A stretch of 64,000 bases of DNA from Candidatus Saccharibacteria bacterium UBA5145 (GTDB taxonomy: Bacteria > Patescibacteriota > Saccharimonadia > Saccharimonadales > UBA4665), in assembly GCA_002413865.1 (NCBI GenBank), contig DHXX01000012.1:20241-84240 (forward strand). The letters are read 5' to 3'. The notes under the pieces are model-generated. The model was given only the letters and a program-made list of their open reading frames with translations. It had not been told where the DNA came from and made no database searches. Shown here in pieces: positions 62,805 through 64,000 of the stretch (positions within the stretch are counted from its first letter, which is position 1; each line of letters opens with the position of its first letter). A program made the position numbers and the translations under genes.

Positions 62805-64000
62805 TCAGGGAATGATGAAGCGGCTGACGGCCTTTTGGGCTAGGGTGTTGAGGTTGGTTGAAAAAGTGTTGTCGGCCCAGCGCCAACCCGGCTGGTTGTA
62901 ATAGATAAACGTCAGGGCGCCGCCACCTTGCAAAAACAGCAGCAATACCACCGCCAAGAGGACGATTTTGGGGATGGGCTTGGCGGCCAGTAAGCGCTGC
63001 CAACCGAGCCCGAGCAGCAGGGCGACGGGTAGGATAACCGGGAAGAGGTAGCGGCTGTTGATGCCAAACTTTTGGCCGGTCTGCAGGTAGTCCAAGTAGT
63101 TACGCAGGAACAACACGGCCACATAAAAGACGGCGATACCGACCAGCAACCCGAGGGCCGGATAGCGCCGCAGCAATTGGCGGTGGTAGCGGATGACCGC
63201 CAGCGAGCCGACGATGAACACTACTAGGGCGGCAATCGTAATGCCGGGCAGCGGCGCGACGTTGACGTACATGGCGTCGGCGTGTGAGCCGCCGCTATTG
63301 CTGTAAAAAGCGTATTTGAACATGCGATAGCCCCAACCGGCGACGTAGCGGGCGGGGTCGGGGGTGGTGTTGTTGGTATTTTCGGCAATATAACTGCGCA
63401 ACCAGGTGCCGTTGGCCTTACAACGCTCGATGCTTAGGACGTTGCCACAAGGGGGAATCGGGTTGTGGTACTTAATGACATTGACGCCGTAAGCGTGGAC
63501 AAATAAACCGCTCGCCAAGACAATCAGACCGACGCTGGCTATGGTGTAGATTCGTTTGGTGGAGCGCCAGCTGTCCAGCAGGCCATTGCCAAATTGGGCG
63601 GGCGATCGATTGAGTCGATAAAATTTCCACAGCAAGAAACTAAAGTAGGTAATCATGGCCACCAATATTGGCAAGAACTCAAACTGGGCCAGGCTGGCCA
63701 ACAGGCCGACCGCTAGGGCTATCAACAGACGGCGGCTGTCGATTTGCTTGGTCGTAACGAAGCGCTCGCGAACTTGTAGCGTCAAAAGCAGGCCGAGGGC
63801 CGCTAACGGTAAAAGTAGGTTATCGTAATTAATCTGGGCCGCTAGGAAGGGTACGAGCGGCGTTAGCACGAAGAATAATAGTGTGACGTGGACGATGGCC
63901 GGTGACGCCTTGGTGGCGAGCAATAGCTTGCGGAACAGCACCAGCGCCACCGCAAACAGCAGAATGCCGACGATGCGCAGGCCGACGATCTCGATAAACT
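62805..64000 (-). CDS. polytopic membrane protein, putative GT-C-type glycosyltransferase (5' end outside the window)
   Basis: More than 10 TM helices. The frame stays open and hydrophobic from 63950 to the window edge (..FIEIVGLRIVGILLFAVALVLF..), so the listed start is probably internal. Confidence 0.45.
   Translation of the reverse strand, partial: FIEIVGLRIVGILLFAVALVLFRKLLLATKASPAIVHVTLLFFVLTPLVPFLAAQINYDNLLLPLAALGLLLTLQVRERFVTTKQIDSRRLLIALAVGLLASLAQFEFLPILVAMITYFSFLLWKFYRLNRSPAQFGNGLLDSWRSTKRIYTIASVGLIVLASGLFVHAYGVNVIKYHNPIPPCGNVLSIERCKANGTWLRSYIAENTNNTTPDPARYVAGWGYRMFKYAFYSNSGGSHADAMYVNVAPLPGITIAALVVFIVGSLAVIRYHRQLLRRYPALGLLVGIAVFYVAVLFLRNYLDYLQTGQKFGINSRYLFPVILPVALLLGLGWQRLLAAKPIPKIVLLAVVLLLFLQGGGALTFIYYNQPGWRWADNTFSTNLNTLAQKAVSRFIIP

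Overview
This 64-kb chromosomal window reads like the replication-origin neighbourhood of a small, monoderm-style genome. A CPR/Saccharibacteria-like origin is my inference from gene content only. Left to right: (1) Two tRNA-Ser genes, comFC and hsp20. (2) A ~15.5-kb T4SS-like locus. Six tandem VirB2/TrbC-type pilin paralogs on the minus strand face a tightly packed plus-strand operon: VirB6-like, PrgI/VirB3-like, a VirB4 split into two ORFs, two cell-wall hydrolases, and a membrane-anchored beta-rich protein. No coupling ATPase, relaxase, VirB11 or VirB7/9/10 is visible. (3) recF-dnaN-dnaA (minus) and rpmH-rnpA-yidC-jag (plus), with DnaA boxes on both sides of dnaA. (4) A ~35-kb envelope-glycan region with GT1/GT2 genes, a Wzm/Wzt-type ABC exporter, fused multi-domain glycosyltransferases, epimerases, two GtrA proteins, a DPM1-like GT2 plus DUF2304, GT-C/DUF2142 membrane proteins and secreted repeat proteins. 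By eye, much of ~30-50 kb is AT-richer and mosaic. That segment carries an orphan IS3 OrfA, an intact IS1595 transposase, a truncated second rfbA copy and a Fic gene. It is followed by rfbB-NUDIX-rfbC-rfbD-rfbA, a manC-like gene, a HAD gene, galE, glmS and a partial GT-C protein. (5) Many of the larger intergenic gaps are filled with short palindromic repeats. Several families share GTCATCC/GGATGAC termini and have REP/REPIN/BIME-like architecture, and two further repeat families are present. The most interesting items are the relaxase-less T4SS-like machine with its pilin paralog array and stacked hydrolases, and the GTCATCC-tagged repeat superfamily.
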